Below are positions 50,874 through 60,462 of a DNA stretch of 64,000 nt, one piece after another; the stretch's first letter is position 1; every line of letters starts with the position of its first letter. The notes beneath the pieces were generated by a model. That model ran no database searches and had not been told where the DNA came from. It saw nothing but the letters and a program-made list of their open reading frames with translations. This DNA is from Bdellovibrionales bacterium. GTDB taxonomy: Bacteria > Bdellovibrionota > Bdellovibrionia > Bdellovibrionales > UBA1609. Position numbers and translations under genes: made by a program. The DNA lies in the NCBI GenBank assembly GCA_965199825.1, contig OZ241329.1, positions 1,736,556-1,800,555 of the forward strand, given 5' to 3'.

Positions 50874-51651
50874 ATCGCGACTTTAAAATAAAGTTGATGA
50901 TCTCGACAAATCCATCGCCCTCTGTTTTTTGGGCAATAAATTTTGGTTTATGTTGGAGCTCATCTAAAAATGGTTTGATGTTGGCAACCGCAAATGAGTT
51001 TTCAAAAAATTCAAACAATGGCTCATCGTTTGGTGAGTCACCTACAAAGATATTTTCATTTTGATTTTTGGCGAGATCAGTTTTTAAAATTTCAACAGCA
51101 AATTGCTCGCACATTTTTCTTTTATCATAATCTCCAAACCAACCATTCACATGAATCGAGCTCACTTTTGCGGTGGCTCCATTTTGCTCAAAAAGTTTTT
51201 GAATTTTGCGAGCCTCATCAAGTGAAAGTGGTGCACTAATATCTTCGCAAAAGTCGACGGCTAAATCGGTGAGTCGACAAAATTGATCTGATGAAATATC
51301 GCACCGAGGTATTTGTTCTTTTATTTTTAAAAAGATCTCGAAGAGTTTTTGCATATTTTTTTTTCGAGTGGGTTCGTCGTGCACAAAGGCCCTGTGCATT
51401 TTTTTATTTTTATATGCGAAATAGAACGCGCCGTTTTCGCCAACGATTCCTGAAATGGGCCAAAGCCTTGCCATCATTTCGCACCATCCGGCTGGACGGC
51501 CAGTGACCGGAACTATGTTGATTCCACTTTGGTGAAGTCGCCATAACGCCTCGAAGGATTCGGCTGGAAGCTGGCCCTCGCGTGTCAGTGTCCCATCAAT
51601 ATCAGTAAAAACTGTTTTTAATTTTTGCGCAGAGGTATAAAGATGAATCAT
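50863..51651 (-). CDS. HAD-IIB family phosphatase (Cof / sugar-phosphate phosphatase-like)
   Basis: Motif I FTDIDGTLT, motif II VPVTGRP, motif IV FVGDSPNDEPLF. 11-nt convergent overlap with tex. Confidence 0.85.
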   Translation of the reverse strand: MIHLYTSAQKLKTVFTDIDGTLTREGQLPAESFEALWRLHQSGINIVPVTGRPAGWCEMMARLWPISGIVGENGAFYFAYKNKKMHRAFVHDEPTRKKNMQKLFEIFLKIKEQIPRCDISSDQFCRLTDLAVDFCEDISAPLSLDEARKIQKLFEQNGATAKVSSIHVNGWFGDYDKRKMCEQFAVEILKTDLAKNQNENIFVGDSPNDEPLFEFFENSFAVANIKPFLDELQHKPKFIAQKTEGDGFVEIINFILKSRSTF

Positions 51652-51678
51652 AATACTTCTCTTTTCATAAGCTGTAAA

Positions 51679-54321
51679 ATGGAGTCTATGCCTAGATTAA
51701 CTAGCGGAAAAAAACTTGTCATCGTTGAGTCGCCCACAAAAGCCAAAACCATCAAAAAATTTTTGGGCGCTAATTTTATGGTCGAGTCCTGCATGGGACA
51801 TGTTCGTGATCTTCCCCAATCGGCCAAAGATATTCCAGAGAAATTTAAAAAACAAAAATGGGCGAATCTTGGGGTGAATGTCGATGATCATTTTAAGCCG
51901 ATTTACTGCATTCCCAAAAACAAAACAAAAATTGTACGTGAACTCAAAAACTTGGTTGCTGAAGCTGATGAATTGATTCTCGCAACCGATGAAGATCGCG
52001 AAGGCGAAAGCATTTCTTGGCATTTGCTCGAATTGCTCAAACCCACGGTCCCGGTCAAGCGTATGGTGTTTCATGAAATCACTAAAGAGGCGATTCATCA
52101 GGCTCTTAAAGATTTTCGCGATCTTGATGTGAATCTTGTGCGTGCTCAAGAAGCCAGAAGAATTCTTGATCGCTTGGTGGGATACACCATCTCTCCGTTA
52201 TTGTGGAAAAAGGTTTCCTTTGGGCTTTCGGCAGGTCGGGTTCAATCGGTGGCGGTCAGGTTAATTGCCGAGCGCGAGCACGAACGGCTGCGGTTTAAAA
52301 AATCAGAATATTGGGGGCTCTCGGCTTCGCACCAAAAAGACAGTGTTGGTTTTGATTCGCGATTGATTTCGTTTGATTCAAAACGGGTGGCCACCGGAAA
52401 AGATTTTGATGCGCTTACAGGAAAGCTCTTAAAAGAAAAAGATTTTTTGCATCTGGATCAAAAGCAAACCGATAGCATCGTCAAAGAAATTGCAGACAAA
52501 AATTTCGAAGTCACTCAGGTTGAAGAACGACCGGTCTCGCGCAAACCTCAGCCGCCATTTATCACTTCGACATTGCAGCAAGAAGCCAATCGCAAGTTGG
52601 GCCTGCCTTCACGCGAAACCATGCAGCTTGCCCAAAAACTTTATGAGCGCGGCTTTATCACTTACATGCGAACCGATTCGACATTTTTATCTCAACAAGC
52701 ATTGTTTGCTGCGCGTGAAAGTATCGAAAAACTCTATGGCAAAAAATATTTGCCTTCAGAGCCGCGCGATTATGCGGCAAAAAAATCAAAGGGCGCTCAA
52801 GAGGCCCACGAAGCCATTCGGCCTGCGGGCACAAGCTTTCAGCATCCTGAAGAAACCGGACTCACAGGAGTGCTCCAAAAAGTGTACGAGTTGATTTGGA
52901 AGCGCACCATGGCTTCGCAAATGGTCAACTCTGAGCAAAAACAAGTGAGTGTTCAGTTTAAAAACGGCAAAGCTGTGTTTTCTGCTTCTGGAATGACAAT
53001 CGAATTTCCGGGATTTTTAAAAGCTTATGTTGAAGGTCAAGACGATCCCGATCAAGCCTTAGAAGAACGAGAAGTGCGACTTCCCCAACTTTCAAAAGGG
53101 GAGTTGATCAAGGCTTTGAGTCTTAAGCCCACTGAGCATGAAACAAAACCTCCGGCTCGGTTTACCGAAGCCAGTCTCGTTCAAACCATGGAGCGCGAAG
53201 GAATCGGTCGTCCAAGTACCTATGCATCGATCATCGGAACCATTCAAGATCGGGGTTATGTCAAAAAAATTGGGACAGCACTTGTTCCTACTTTTACGGC
53301 GTTGGTGGTTTCAAAATTATTGCGCAACCATTTGCCCGATTATGTTGATCTCAAATTCACGTCGCAAATGGAAAAATCCCTCGATGATATTGCCGATGGA
53401 GATCTGGATTGGGAAAAATATCTTTCGACAATTTATTTTGGGAAGACCGGTTTAAAATCACAAGTTGAAGCCCAAGAAAAATCGATCAACCCCGAAGAGT
53501 CGCGTGGCATTGCTCTTGATGGGCTTGATGATTTTAGTTTTCGTATCGGTCGCTATGGGGCTTACGTGTGCCGTCCCGATGGCGAAAATGAGGTTTGTGC
53601 CAGTGTTCCTGAGTCGCAAACTCCAGGGGACATGACCCGTGAGGCGGCAAATAAACTGATTGATCAAAAAATAAAAGGTGCTGACAGCTTAGGGATTCAC
53701 CCCGACACCAATCTAAAGATTTATGTTTTGACCGGTCGTTACGGTCCCTATGTGCAAATGGGTGAGGGCGAAGAGTCGGGTGCAAAACCAAAGCGTATGG
53801 CAATTCCACCTACAATGGATGCCACTCAACTGACGCTTGAACAGGCACTTCAACTTTTAGAATTACCAAAAACTTTGGGCGCGCATCCGGGAACCACGAA
53901 GGATGTAAAAAAGGGGCTTGGACGTTTTGGCCCTTACGTGGTGCACGAAGGTGATTTTCGCTCGATTCCAAAAACCGAAAATCTTTTTACGCTGGATTTG
54001 ATCAAAGCTCTTGAGCTTTTAAGCCAGCCAAAAAAAGGGCGGGGTCGTGCGGGCCCAATAAAAAGTTTGGGTGAGATGCCAAAAACCACAATTCCAATCG
54101 AAATTTACAGCGGCAAATATGGGCCTTATATGAAAGTGGGAAGCAAAAACTTTTCATTGCCAGAAGGGGAATTGCCCGAGGCTTGGACCATGGAAAAAGC
54201 CTTAAAGCTGATCGATGATAAAGGCGGAATTGATCTTGAAGAAGAAAAAAAACCGGTAAAGAAAAAAGCAAAAAAGAAAAAATCCGCTGTTAAGAAAGTC
54301 TCTGAAGTAAAGGTGAGCTGA
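51679..54321 (+). CDS. topA: DNA topoisomerase I (type IA) with a zinc-free repeat C-terminal domain
   Basis: TOPRIM LVIVESPTKAKTI and ATDEDREGE. Active-site Tyr context ITYMRTDS. Four G(R/K)(Y/F)G(A/P)Y repeats and a Lys-rich tail. The start is 51679 or 51688. Confidence 0.95.
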   Translation: MESMPRLTSGKKLVIVESPTKAKTIKKFLGANFMVESCMGHVRDLPQSAKDIPEKFKKQKWANLGVNVDDHFKPIYCIPKNKTKIVRELKNLVAEADELILATDEDREGESISWHLLELLKPTVPVKRMVFHEITKEAIHQALKDFRDLDVNLVRAQEARRILDRLVGYTISPLLWKKVSFGLSAGRVQSVAVRLIAEREHERLRFKKSEYWGLSASHQKDSVGFDSRLISFDSKRVATGKDFDALTGKLLKEKDFLHLDQKQTDSIVKEIADKNFEVTQVEERPVSRKPQPPFITSTLQQEANRKLGLPSRETMQLAQKLYERGFITYMRTDSTFLSQQALFAARESIEKLYGKKYLPSEPRDYAAKKSKGAQEAHEAIRPAGTSFQHPEETGLTGVLQKVYELIWKRTMASQMVNSEQKQVSVQFKNGKAVFSASGMTIEFPGFLKAYVEGQDDPDQALEEREVRLPQLSKGELIKALSLKPTEHETKPPARFTEASLVQTMEREGIGRPSTYASIIGTIQDRGYVKKIGTALVPTFTALVVSKLLRNHLPDYVDLKFTSQMEKSLDDIADGDLDWEKYLSTIYFGKTGLKSQVEAQEKSINPEESRGIALDGLDDFSFRIGRYGAYVCRPDGENEVCASVPESQTPGDMTREAANKLIDQKIKGADSLGIHPDTNLKIYVLTGRYGPYVQMGEGEESGAKPKRMAIPPTMDATQLTLEQALQLLELPKTLGAHPGTTKDVKKGLGRFGPYVVHEGDFRSIPKTENLFTLDLIKALELLSQPKKGRGRAGPIKSLGEMPKTTIPIEIYSGKYGPYMKVGSKNFSLPEGELPEAWTMEKALKLIDDKGGIDLEEEKKPVKKKAKKKKSAVKKVSEVKVS

Positions 54322-54326
54322 TTCAG

Positions 54327-55040
54327 TTGAAGCCTTTAAGCTTTTATTTTTTTGATTTTGACGAAAATATTTTGTTTTTGAACACAACCTCATTTCTTTA
54401 TCATAAAGATCATGACCATGAGGTTGAGCTCACTAGCCGCCAATATTCGAATCACTACTACGACATCGGACAGCGCGGGCCTTATCAAAATTATGAAGTG
54501 CGCAAACACAGCTTCAGAAATTTTTCAGATCATAATGATGAGCCTCATCAATTTTTAAAAGATATGTCTGAGCTGGTGTCTTTACAGCACAAAGAGTGGC
54601 AAGGGCCGTCGTGGCAATTTTTTGAGCACGCGGTGGCTCAAGCTCGACCATTGTCGTTGATCACTGCGCGCGGCCACCGGCCCGAAACTTTAAGGCAAGG
54701 CATTTCGCTTCTTGTACAAAATCGCCATCTTCAGCGTGAGCCAAACTACCATACGATTTATCCGGTGATTCATCCCGATACAGCATCACAATTGGTAAGC
54801 CAAGAGCACTTTGAAAATGTGCCGGTGTTAAAGGCCCGCGCCTTTCGAGAATCAGTTCTGCAAGGTCTAGAAATATACGGGGAGCATCTTGAACATCGAT
54901 TCGGGATGTCTGATGATAATCGTGATAACTTAGATGCAATTGAGCAAGAAATGCGAGTGATGAAAAAACAATTTCGTCATTTGCGTTTTTATTTAATTGC
55001 GACTTGTGATGGAAAGTTCACACGTACCGAAGTCTTGTAA
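54327..55040 (+). CDS. HAD-superfamily-like hydrolase of unknown specificity (237 aa)
   Basis: TTG start 5 nt after the topA stop. Motif I FFDFDENIL, motif II SLITARG, motif IV-like GMSDDNRDN. Confidence 0.6.
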   Translation: MKPLSFYFFDFDENILFLNTTSFLYHKDHDHEVELTSRQYSNHYYDIGQRGPYQNYEVRKHSFRNFSDHNDEPHQFLKDMSELVSLQHKEWQGPSWQFFEHAVAQARPLSLITARGHRPETLRQGISLLVQNRHLQREPNYHTIYPVIHPDTASQLVSQEHFENVPVLKARAFRESVLQGLEIYGEHLEHRFGMSDDNRDNLDAIEQEMRVMKKQFRHLRFYLIATCDGKFTRTEVL

Positions 55041-55080
55041 TGTTAAGTAAGACCAAAGACTCTTAGATTAAGGAAAAGAA

Positions 55081-57210
55081 ATGAAAATTACAGTTTCCCT
55101 GCTTTCTTTATTTTTCAGCTGCTTGGTTTATGCAAAGGCTCCAGGCTCACAAACTCTTGAGCTGAGCTGTGTGCATTTGTATCCGATCCAGCTCAAGTAT
55201 CTTGAAAAACACATCATGTATGCAGACGAAACTCCTGATCTCGAGAAGCGAACGATTGATCAGCTGATCAAAAAATTTGACGCCACCAAATTGTATTTGA
55301 TGGATAAAGATATCGCCACAATTGAGAACTCGCTCAAAGGGGTATTTAAAAAAGTTCAGAAAAAAGATTGTTCAAGTATTGAGGCGGCACAAACTCTTTA
55401 TGTTCAACGGGTCAAAGACCGATTCGATCATGCCAAAAAATATTTAAGCACCAAATTTAAGTTTAATCCCAAAACCGAAATCGTGCTCGATCCCGACCAT
55501 AGAAAACGGGCAAAAACTATTGCCGACTCCAACAGCTTTCACGACAAATACATTCAGTATCAAGTGGCAACCTATGTGGCTTCTGGCAGTAAACCTGAAG
55601 AGGCGCGAGGTCAGGTCATTAGAAATTATGAGCGCGCTTTAAAACGAATCGAAACTTTGCCTAAAACAGATTTATGGACAATGTATCTTGATTCGTTTTC
55701 GCGGGCTCTTGATCCCCACTCCAGCTACATGAGTGCCGATCAGCTTGCAGATTTTGAAATTCAGATGCGTTTGAGTTTAGAGGGAATCGGCGCAACCTTG
55801 AGCTCTAAAGATGGCTTTACGGTGATTGAGCAATTGATTCCGGGTGGAGCTGCGGGCCTTTCTGGAAAATTAAAAAATCGTGATAAGATTATCGCGGTTG
55901 CTCAAGGAGATTCTGACGAATTTGTGAATGTGATCGAGATGGATCTTCGCGAAGTGGTCAAACTGATCCGCGGTGATAAAGGATCAAAAGTAAAACTCAA
56001 GATTTTACGAAAGACCGCTTCCGAAAGTCAGCGATTTGAGGTGGCTCTCATTCGTGACAAAATTAAATTGGAAGATGAAGCCGCGTCCATCACCTATCTT
56101 GATCGTGAAGTGGGCGGAGTTAAGAAAAAAATCGGATTGGTGAATCTGCCATCTTTTTACGCCGACAGTCGCCGCGACGGTCCTAGTGCGTCGTCTGATC
56201 TAAAAAAACTTTTAGCCGAAGCCAAAACAAAAAATGTTGATGGATTAGTTTTGGATGTCTCAAACAACGGCGGGGGACAACTCTCGGATGCGGTAAAAAT
56301 TGCGGGTCAATTTTTTGCTCGCGGCAATGTGGTAAAACAATCTCAAAGACCCGAAGCCGAAAATCAGCCGGTGCAGTATGAAGTGCTTCGCGATGTGGAT
56401 GACAAAGTAGACTACAGTGGACCGCTTGTGATTCTCACGAGCCGCATTAGTGCGTCGGCTTCAGAAATTGTGTCGGGAACTTTGCAAGATTATAACCGTG
56501 CGGTGATTGTTGGTGGAGATCACACTTTTGGCAAAGGCAGTGTGCAGTCGGTTGAATATTTACCACCAGGTCTTGGCGCGGTTAAAACCACGGTTGGAAT
56601 GTTCTTTACCGCTGGTGGACAAAGTACCCAGCACCGCGGGGTGAGCGCCGATGTGACTTTGCCCAGTGTTCTATCTACCGATGAAATTGGCGAAAAAAAT
56701 CTCGATTATTCTTTAAAGCCAAAACGAATCGAGAGTTTTATCTCTAAAGAAGCTTTTGTGAACGAAGGTCCATCGGCATGGAAAGTTCTGAATGGCGAAC
56801 TGATGGGCAAGCTGCGCAAAAAATCCGAAGCACGTGTGGCGGTTGAAAAAGGATTTAAAAAAGTTCGCGAAGATATCGTTAAAGCACACAAACACATTAA
56901 ATCTTTAGTGGTGGGTGAGCTGATTAAAGAACATAACGACAAACGCCAAGCGACTAAGGATGCCGAAGCTGCGAGCAAAACAAAATTGGCTCAAGGTAAA
57001 GAAGCACCGGCTGCTGTGACCAATTCGGAAGACGAAGATGATGATGGCGATGTGAATCTTTCGCACGAAGAGCGACAAAAAAAATATCTGCAACGCGCAG
57101 ATGTTCAAGAGGCGGTCAACGTGACTGCAGATTTGATTGCCGAACTGGATCGTACCCCGCTCCGCATCGGATCAAAAGACGAGCAAGCGCCGCCTAAACC
57201 GGCAAACTAA
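55081..57210 (+). CDS. prc: Tail-specific (C-terminal processing) protease, S41A family
   Basis: Signal peptide. PDZ region (LEGIGATLS...IPGGAAGLSGKLKNRDKIIAV). LDVSNNGGG. Ser box TSRISASASEIVSG. Lys box TFGKGSVQ. Confidence 0.92.
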   Translation: MKITVSLLSLFFSCLVYAKAPGSQTLELSCVHLYPIQLKYLEKHIMYADETPDLEKRTIDQLIKKFDATKLYLMDKDIATIENSLKGVFKKVQKKDCSSIEAAQTLYVQRVKDRFDHAKKYLSTKFKFNPKTEIVLDPDHRKRAKTIADSNSFHDKYIQYQVATYVASGSKPEEARGQVIRNYERALKRIETLPKTDLWTMYLDSFSRALDPHSSYMSADQLADFEIQMRLSLEGIGATLSSKDGFTVIEQLIPGGAAGLSGKLKNRDKIIAVAQGDSDEFVNVIEMDLREVVKLIRGDKGSKVKLKILRKTASESQRFEVALIRDKIKLEDEAASITYLDREVGGVKKKIGLVNLPSFYADSRRDGPSASSDLKKLLAEAKTKNVDGLVLDVSNNGGGQLSDAVKIAGQFFARGNVVKQSQRPEAENQPVQYEVLRDVDDKVDYSGPLVILTSRISASASEIVSGTLQDYNRAVIVGGDHTFGKGSVQSVEYLPPGLGAVKTTVGMFFTAGGQSTQHRGVSADVTLPSVLSTDEIGEKNLDYSLKPKRIESFISKEAFVNEGPSAWKVLNGELMGKLRKKSEARVAVEKGFKKVREDIVKAHKHIKSLVVGELIKEHNDKRQATKDAEAASKTKLAQGKEAPAAVTNSEDEDDDGDVNLSHEERQKKYLQRADVQEAVNVTADLIAELDRTPLRIGSKDEQAPPKPAN

Positions 57211-57244
57211 TTTTGACATCAAATCGGCACCCGAGTACCGATAA

Positions 57245-58267
57245 GTGATGGCCAAAATGAATAAGACACCAAAGCGGAAGTTGAGAATCAAACCTCAACT
57301 TGCGCTTCAGATGTACGACTTGATGATAAAATCTCGGGTTCTTGAAGAACGACTCATTAAAATTTATAAAGCAGGCGAAGGCTTTTTTTGGATCGGTGGC
57401 CCCGGTGAAGAAGCTTTTGGTGTTGCGCTTGGTCTCTTGATCAAAAAAGGCCAAGGTGTCGAATACGATTATCTTCATTTGCATTATCGCTGCAGCTCGA
57501 CGCTTGTGACCTTAGGGATGCAGATGGACGATGCGATTCGAATGATGATGAATCGGGCAACCGACCCGTGCTCGGGAGGTCGAAACTTTTCGGGTCATTA
57601 CTGTTTTCCTGAGTGGAATGTTGTGCCTGTGTCTTCGCCTATCGAAGTCCAGTATCTTGCAGCTCTCGGTACCGCACACATTCAAAGAAAAAGCTCTGCA
57701 AACGGAATTACCATTGTGACCGGCGGGGATGCGGGGACTGCAGAAGGTGATTTTGCCTCTTCACTCGTTTGGGCCTCACGACCAAAAGCCGAGTTGCCGA
57801 TGTTGATCACCGTCCAAAATAATCGTTTTGGAATTTCGACCACTTATGAAAGTCAGCACGGCGAAAAATTTATTGCCGATCGCGGTAAAGCTTTTGGAAT
57901 CAAAACGATGGTCATCAATGGAAATGATCCTGTCGAAGCTTATCTCAAATTGTCCGAAGCGATGGCCTATGTACGAAGGTATCGAAAACCCCTTTTGCTT
58001 GAAGCCAAAGTCTCGCGTCTTTATGGGCACTCATCAGCCTCTGGTGCAAATCTCGACGAGGGTTTTGATTGCCTGACTCAATTTGAAAAAACCCTCAAAT
58101 CTTTAAAATTGCTTGATGATGCCACCGCCAAACAAATTTGGGATAACTATGAGCAAGAGGGCAAAACAGCTCAAGAAAAAGTTCGCGCTGAGGCCTCGCC
58201 TGTTGCCGAAACCATTTGGGATCACGTTTATGCAAATCAGGAAAATTCGGACTGGAGAAAATTTTAA
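57245..58267 (+). CDS. 2-oxoacid (pyruvate/branched-chain/acetoin) dehydrogenase E1 alpha subunit, TPP-dependent
   Basis: TPP motif GGDAGTAEGDF...VQNNRFGIST. 340 aa. The start may be GTG 57245 or ATG 57248. Confidence 0.88.
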   Translation: MMAKMNKTPKRKLRIKPQLALQMYDLMIKSRVLEERLIKIYKAGEGFFWIGGPGEEAFGVALGLLIKKGQGVEYDYLHLHYRCSSTLVTLGMQMDDAIRMMMNRATDPCSGGRNFSGHYCFPEWNVVPVSSPIEVQYLAALGTAHIQRKSSANGITIVTGGDAGTAEGDFASSLVWASRPKAELPMLITVQNNRFGISTTYESQHGEKFIADRGKAFGIKTMVINGNDPVEAYLKLSEAMAYVRRYRKPLLLEAKVSRLYGHSSASGANLDEGFDCLTQFEKTLKSLKLLDDATAKQIWDNYEQEGKTAQEKVRAEASPVAETIWDHVYANQENSDWRKF

Positions 58268-59314
58268 ATGGCAAACATGGCGCAGGCGATTCGTATGGCC
58301 CTTCACCACGGCGAAAAGCATTTGGATGTTTGTGATATTTTTGGTCAAGACGTTGGTGCACCACTCGGGGGAGTGTTTACCGCGACTCAAGGTTTAAAAA
58401 ACACCTGGAACACTCCTTTAGATGAGCGTGGAATTATTGGAACCGCTTTAGGTATTGGCCTTACCGGAAAACGCTGTGTGGCCGAAATTCAGTTTGGCGA
58501 TTATATTTTCAACACAATTGATTTACTTAAAATGATTGGCAACACAAGCTGGGTTTCCAATGGCAATTACCATTTGCCCATTGTGATCATGACGCCGGTG
58601 GGTGGTGGAATTCGTGGCTCGATTTATCACTCACACAGTTTTGATGCTTGGGCGACTCGAATTCCGGGATTTAAAGTTGTGATGCCTTCAACACCCTATG
58701 ACGCCTATGGCCTGATGCTCTCGAGCATCGAAGATCCCAATCCGGTTTTATTTTTAAAACCCAAAGCATTGATGCGCGTTCGGGGTCATGAGCTTTTGCC
58801 AGGCGAACCAGAAAATGAGCGTGATCTCAAATCGATGATTGATGCTCCATTGGGTGATCGCACTAAATGGAAGCCTCAATGGCCCGAAATTGGTGATGTC
58901 AAAATTCCATTGGGAAAAGCAAATTGTGTCAAAGAGGGAAGTGATCTGACCGTTGTCAGCTATGGACGAACCTTACCCATCTGTTTAAAAATTGCCCAAG
59001 AATTTGAAAATCAAATTGAGGTGATCGATCTGCGAACTCTTTATCCTTATGATTGGCAGATGATTTCGGAATCGATTAAAAAAACAAGGCGAGTGATTTT
59101 TGTGAACGAAGACACCGAGGTCACAAATTTCGGTGAGCACCTAGCCTATCGAGCAACCCAAGAACTTTTTTATGAGCTCCTTGCACGGCCCAAAGTGGTG
59201 GCGGGCAAAAATTTGCCGGGCGTGGGACTTTATCCAGCCCTTGAAGAAGAAACTCTTCCGTACGCTCCACAAATTCGCCAAGCCTTTCAAGAGATATTGG
59301 ATGAAGTTCCATGA
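58268..59314 (+). CDS. 2-oxoacid dehydrogenase E1 beta subunit
   Basis: The start abuts the alpha-subunit stop. Transketolase-like pyrimidine-binding region (NTPLDERGIIGTALGIGLTGKRCVAEIQFGDY) and C-terminal domain. Confidence 0.9.
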   Translation: MANMAQAIRMALHHGEKHLDVCDIFGQDVGAPLGGVFTATQGLKNTWNTPLDERGIIGTALGIGLTGKRCVAEIQFGDYIFNTIDLLKMIGNTSWVSNGNYHLPIVIMTPVGGGIRGSIYHSHSFDAWATRIPGFKVVMPSTPYDAYGLMLSSIEDPNPVLFLKPKALMRVRGHELLPGEPENERDLKSMIDAPLGDRTKWKPQWPEIGDVKIPLGKANCVKEGSDLTVVSYGRTLPICLKIAQEFENQIEVIDLRTLYPYDWQMISESIKKTRRVIFVNEDTEVTNFGEHLAYRATQELFYELLARPKVVAGKNLPGVGLYPALEEETLPYAPQIRQAFQEILDEVP

Positions 59315-60093
59315 AGTTTGATAAATACGAAATTTACTCTGAAGCGGTGCAATCCCCCGAAGCCGATATGGAATTTGTTCGCGATGTTTATAAGGAGCTT
59401 CGCGGTCGGCCAGCTCATGTGTTGCGCGAGGATTTTTGCGGGGCTTTTTTAAATTCCTGCACTTGGGTTAAAATGAATCGAAAGAATGTGGCTTACGGAT
59501 TAGATCTTGATCCTGAACCACTTGATTACGGCAAAACAAAATATTTGCCCAAGCTTTCAAAAAATCAGCAGGCGAGAGTGCAGGTTTTAGAGGGCAACGT
59601 TTTAGATTCTTTTGATTCAAAAGTGGACATCGTTTCGGCCTCAAACTTTTCTTATTTTATTTTTAAAACGCGTGAACAACTCAAAAATTATTTTGTTAAA
59701 GCGCGCGAGGGTTTAAACAAAAACGGAATTTTCATTGTGGATTGTTTTGGGGGATCCGATGCCCAACTCGCCAATGAAGAAAAAACGAAACATCGCAAGT
59801 TTACCTATTTTTGGGATCAAGTTTCATTTGATCCGGTCACGTACTTTGCCACCTTTCATATTCACTTTTTGCTCAAGAATGAAACCAAACGGAGAACAAA
59901 AGTTTTTACCTACGATTGGCGGCTGTGGACTATCCCGGAACTTCAGGATTTGATGATCGATGCGGGATTTTCAAAAACTCATGTCTACTGGGAAGGAACA
60001 ACCAAAAAAGGCAAGGGCGACGGAAAATTTAAAAGAGTCACTCACGGAGAAGAATGTCAGGGCTGGATTGCTTACGTGGTCGGCGAAAAATAA
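59311..60093 (+). CDS. Class I SAM-dependent methyltransferase (260 aa)
   Basis: ATGA overlap with E1 beta. Motif I-like VLREDFCGAF, a YGLDLD acidic loop and a Rossmann-fold pattern. Confidence 0.7.
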   Translation: MKFDKYEIYSEAVQSPEADMEFVRDVYKELRGRPAHVLREDFCGAFLNSCTWVKMNRKNVAYGLDLDPEPLDYGKTKYLPKLSKNQQARVQVLEGNVLDSFDSKVDIVSASNFSYFIFKTREQLKNYFVKAREGLNKNGIFIVDCFGGSDAQLANEEKTKHRKFTYFWDQVSFDPVTYFATFHIHFLLKNETKRRTKVFTYDWRLWTIPELQDLMIDAGFSKTHVYWEGTTKKGKGDGKFKRVTHGEECQGWIAYVVGEK

Positions 60094-60096
60094 TCT

Positions 60097-60453
60097 TTAA
60101 GGTATGACCGTGGTGGTGCACACCGAAGAATTTCCATAAAAACAGTTTGCGCTGAGTTTTGTCAGTTGAACGATGGCGTTAAGAAAAAGGTTTGATGTCG
60201 CTTGAGCTGGATCCGAATTGTATTTGATAAAAACAGGACAAACAGCTTCAACCTCACCTTGCGAGTTCTTGACCATTTCGGATGCGATCTCTTGAGCAGG
60301 AATATCAGACAAACGATAATTGCTTAAGGTGAGTGGCGATCCGCTACAATAGAGTTCTGTATTTACTTTTGTAGAACCATTAAAGGCCACAAAGGTGATG
60401 ACCTCAACCTGTGCTGTAGCAAAAAGAAAACTCGCGCACAAAAGTGAAATCAT
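60097..60453 (-). CDS. Hypothetical small secreted Cys-containing protein (118 aa)
   Basis: Signal peptide MISLLCASFLFATAQV. 5 Cys. No recognised domain. Confidence 0.45.
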   Translation of the reverse strand: MISLLCASFLFATAQVEVITFVAFNGSTKVNTELYCSGSPLTLSNYRLSDIPAQEIASEMVKNSQGEVEAVCPVFIKYNSDPAQATSNLFLNAIVQLTKLSANCFYGNSSVCTTTVIP

Positions 60454-60462
60454 AAAATGCTC

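Noticed and set aside
51697-52149. A 150-aa ORF runs antisense to the topA 5' region, and a 134-aa alternative-frame ORF lies at 52490-52894.
   Set aside because: Both are embedded in topA, have low-complexity or odd composition, and lack independent signals.
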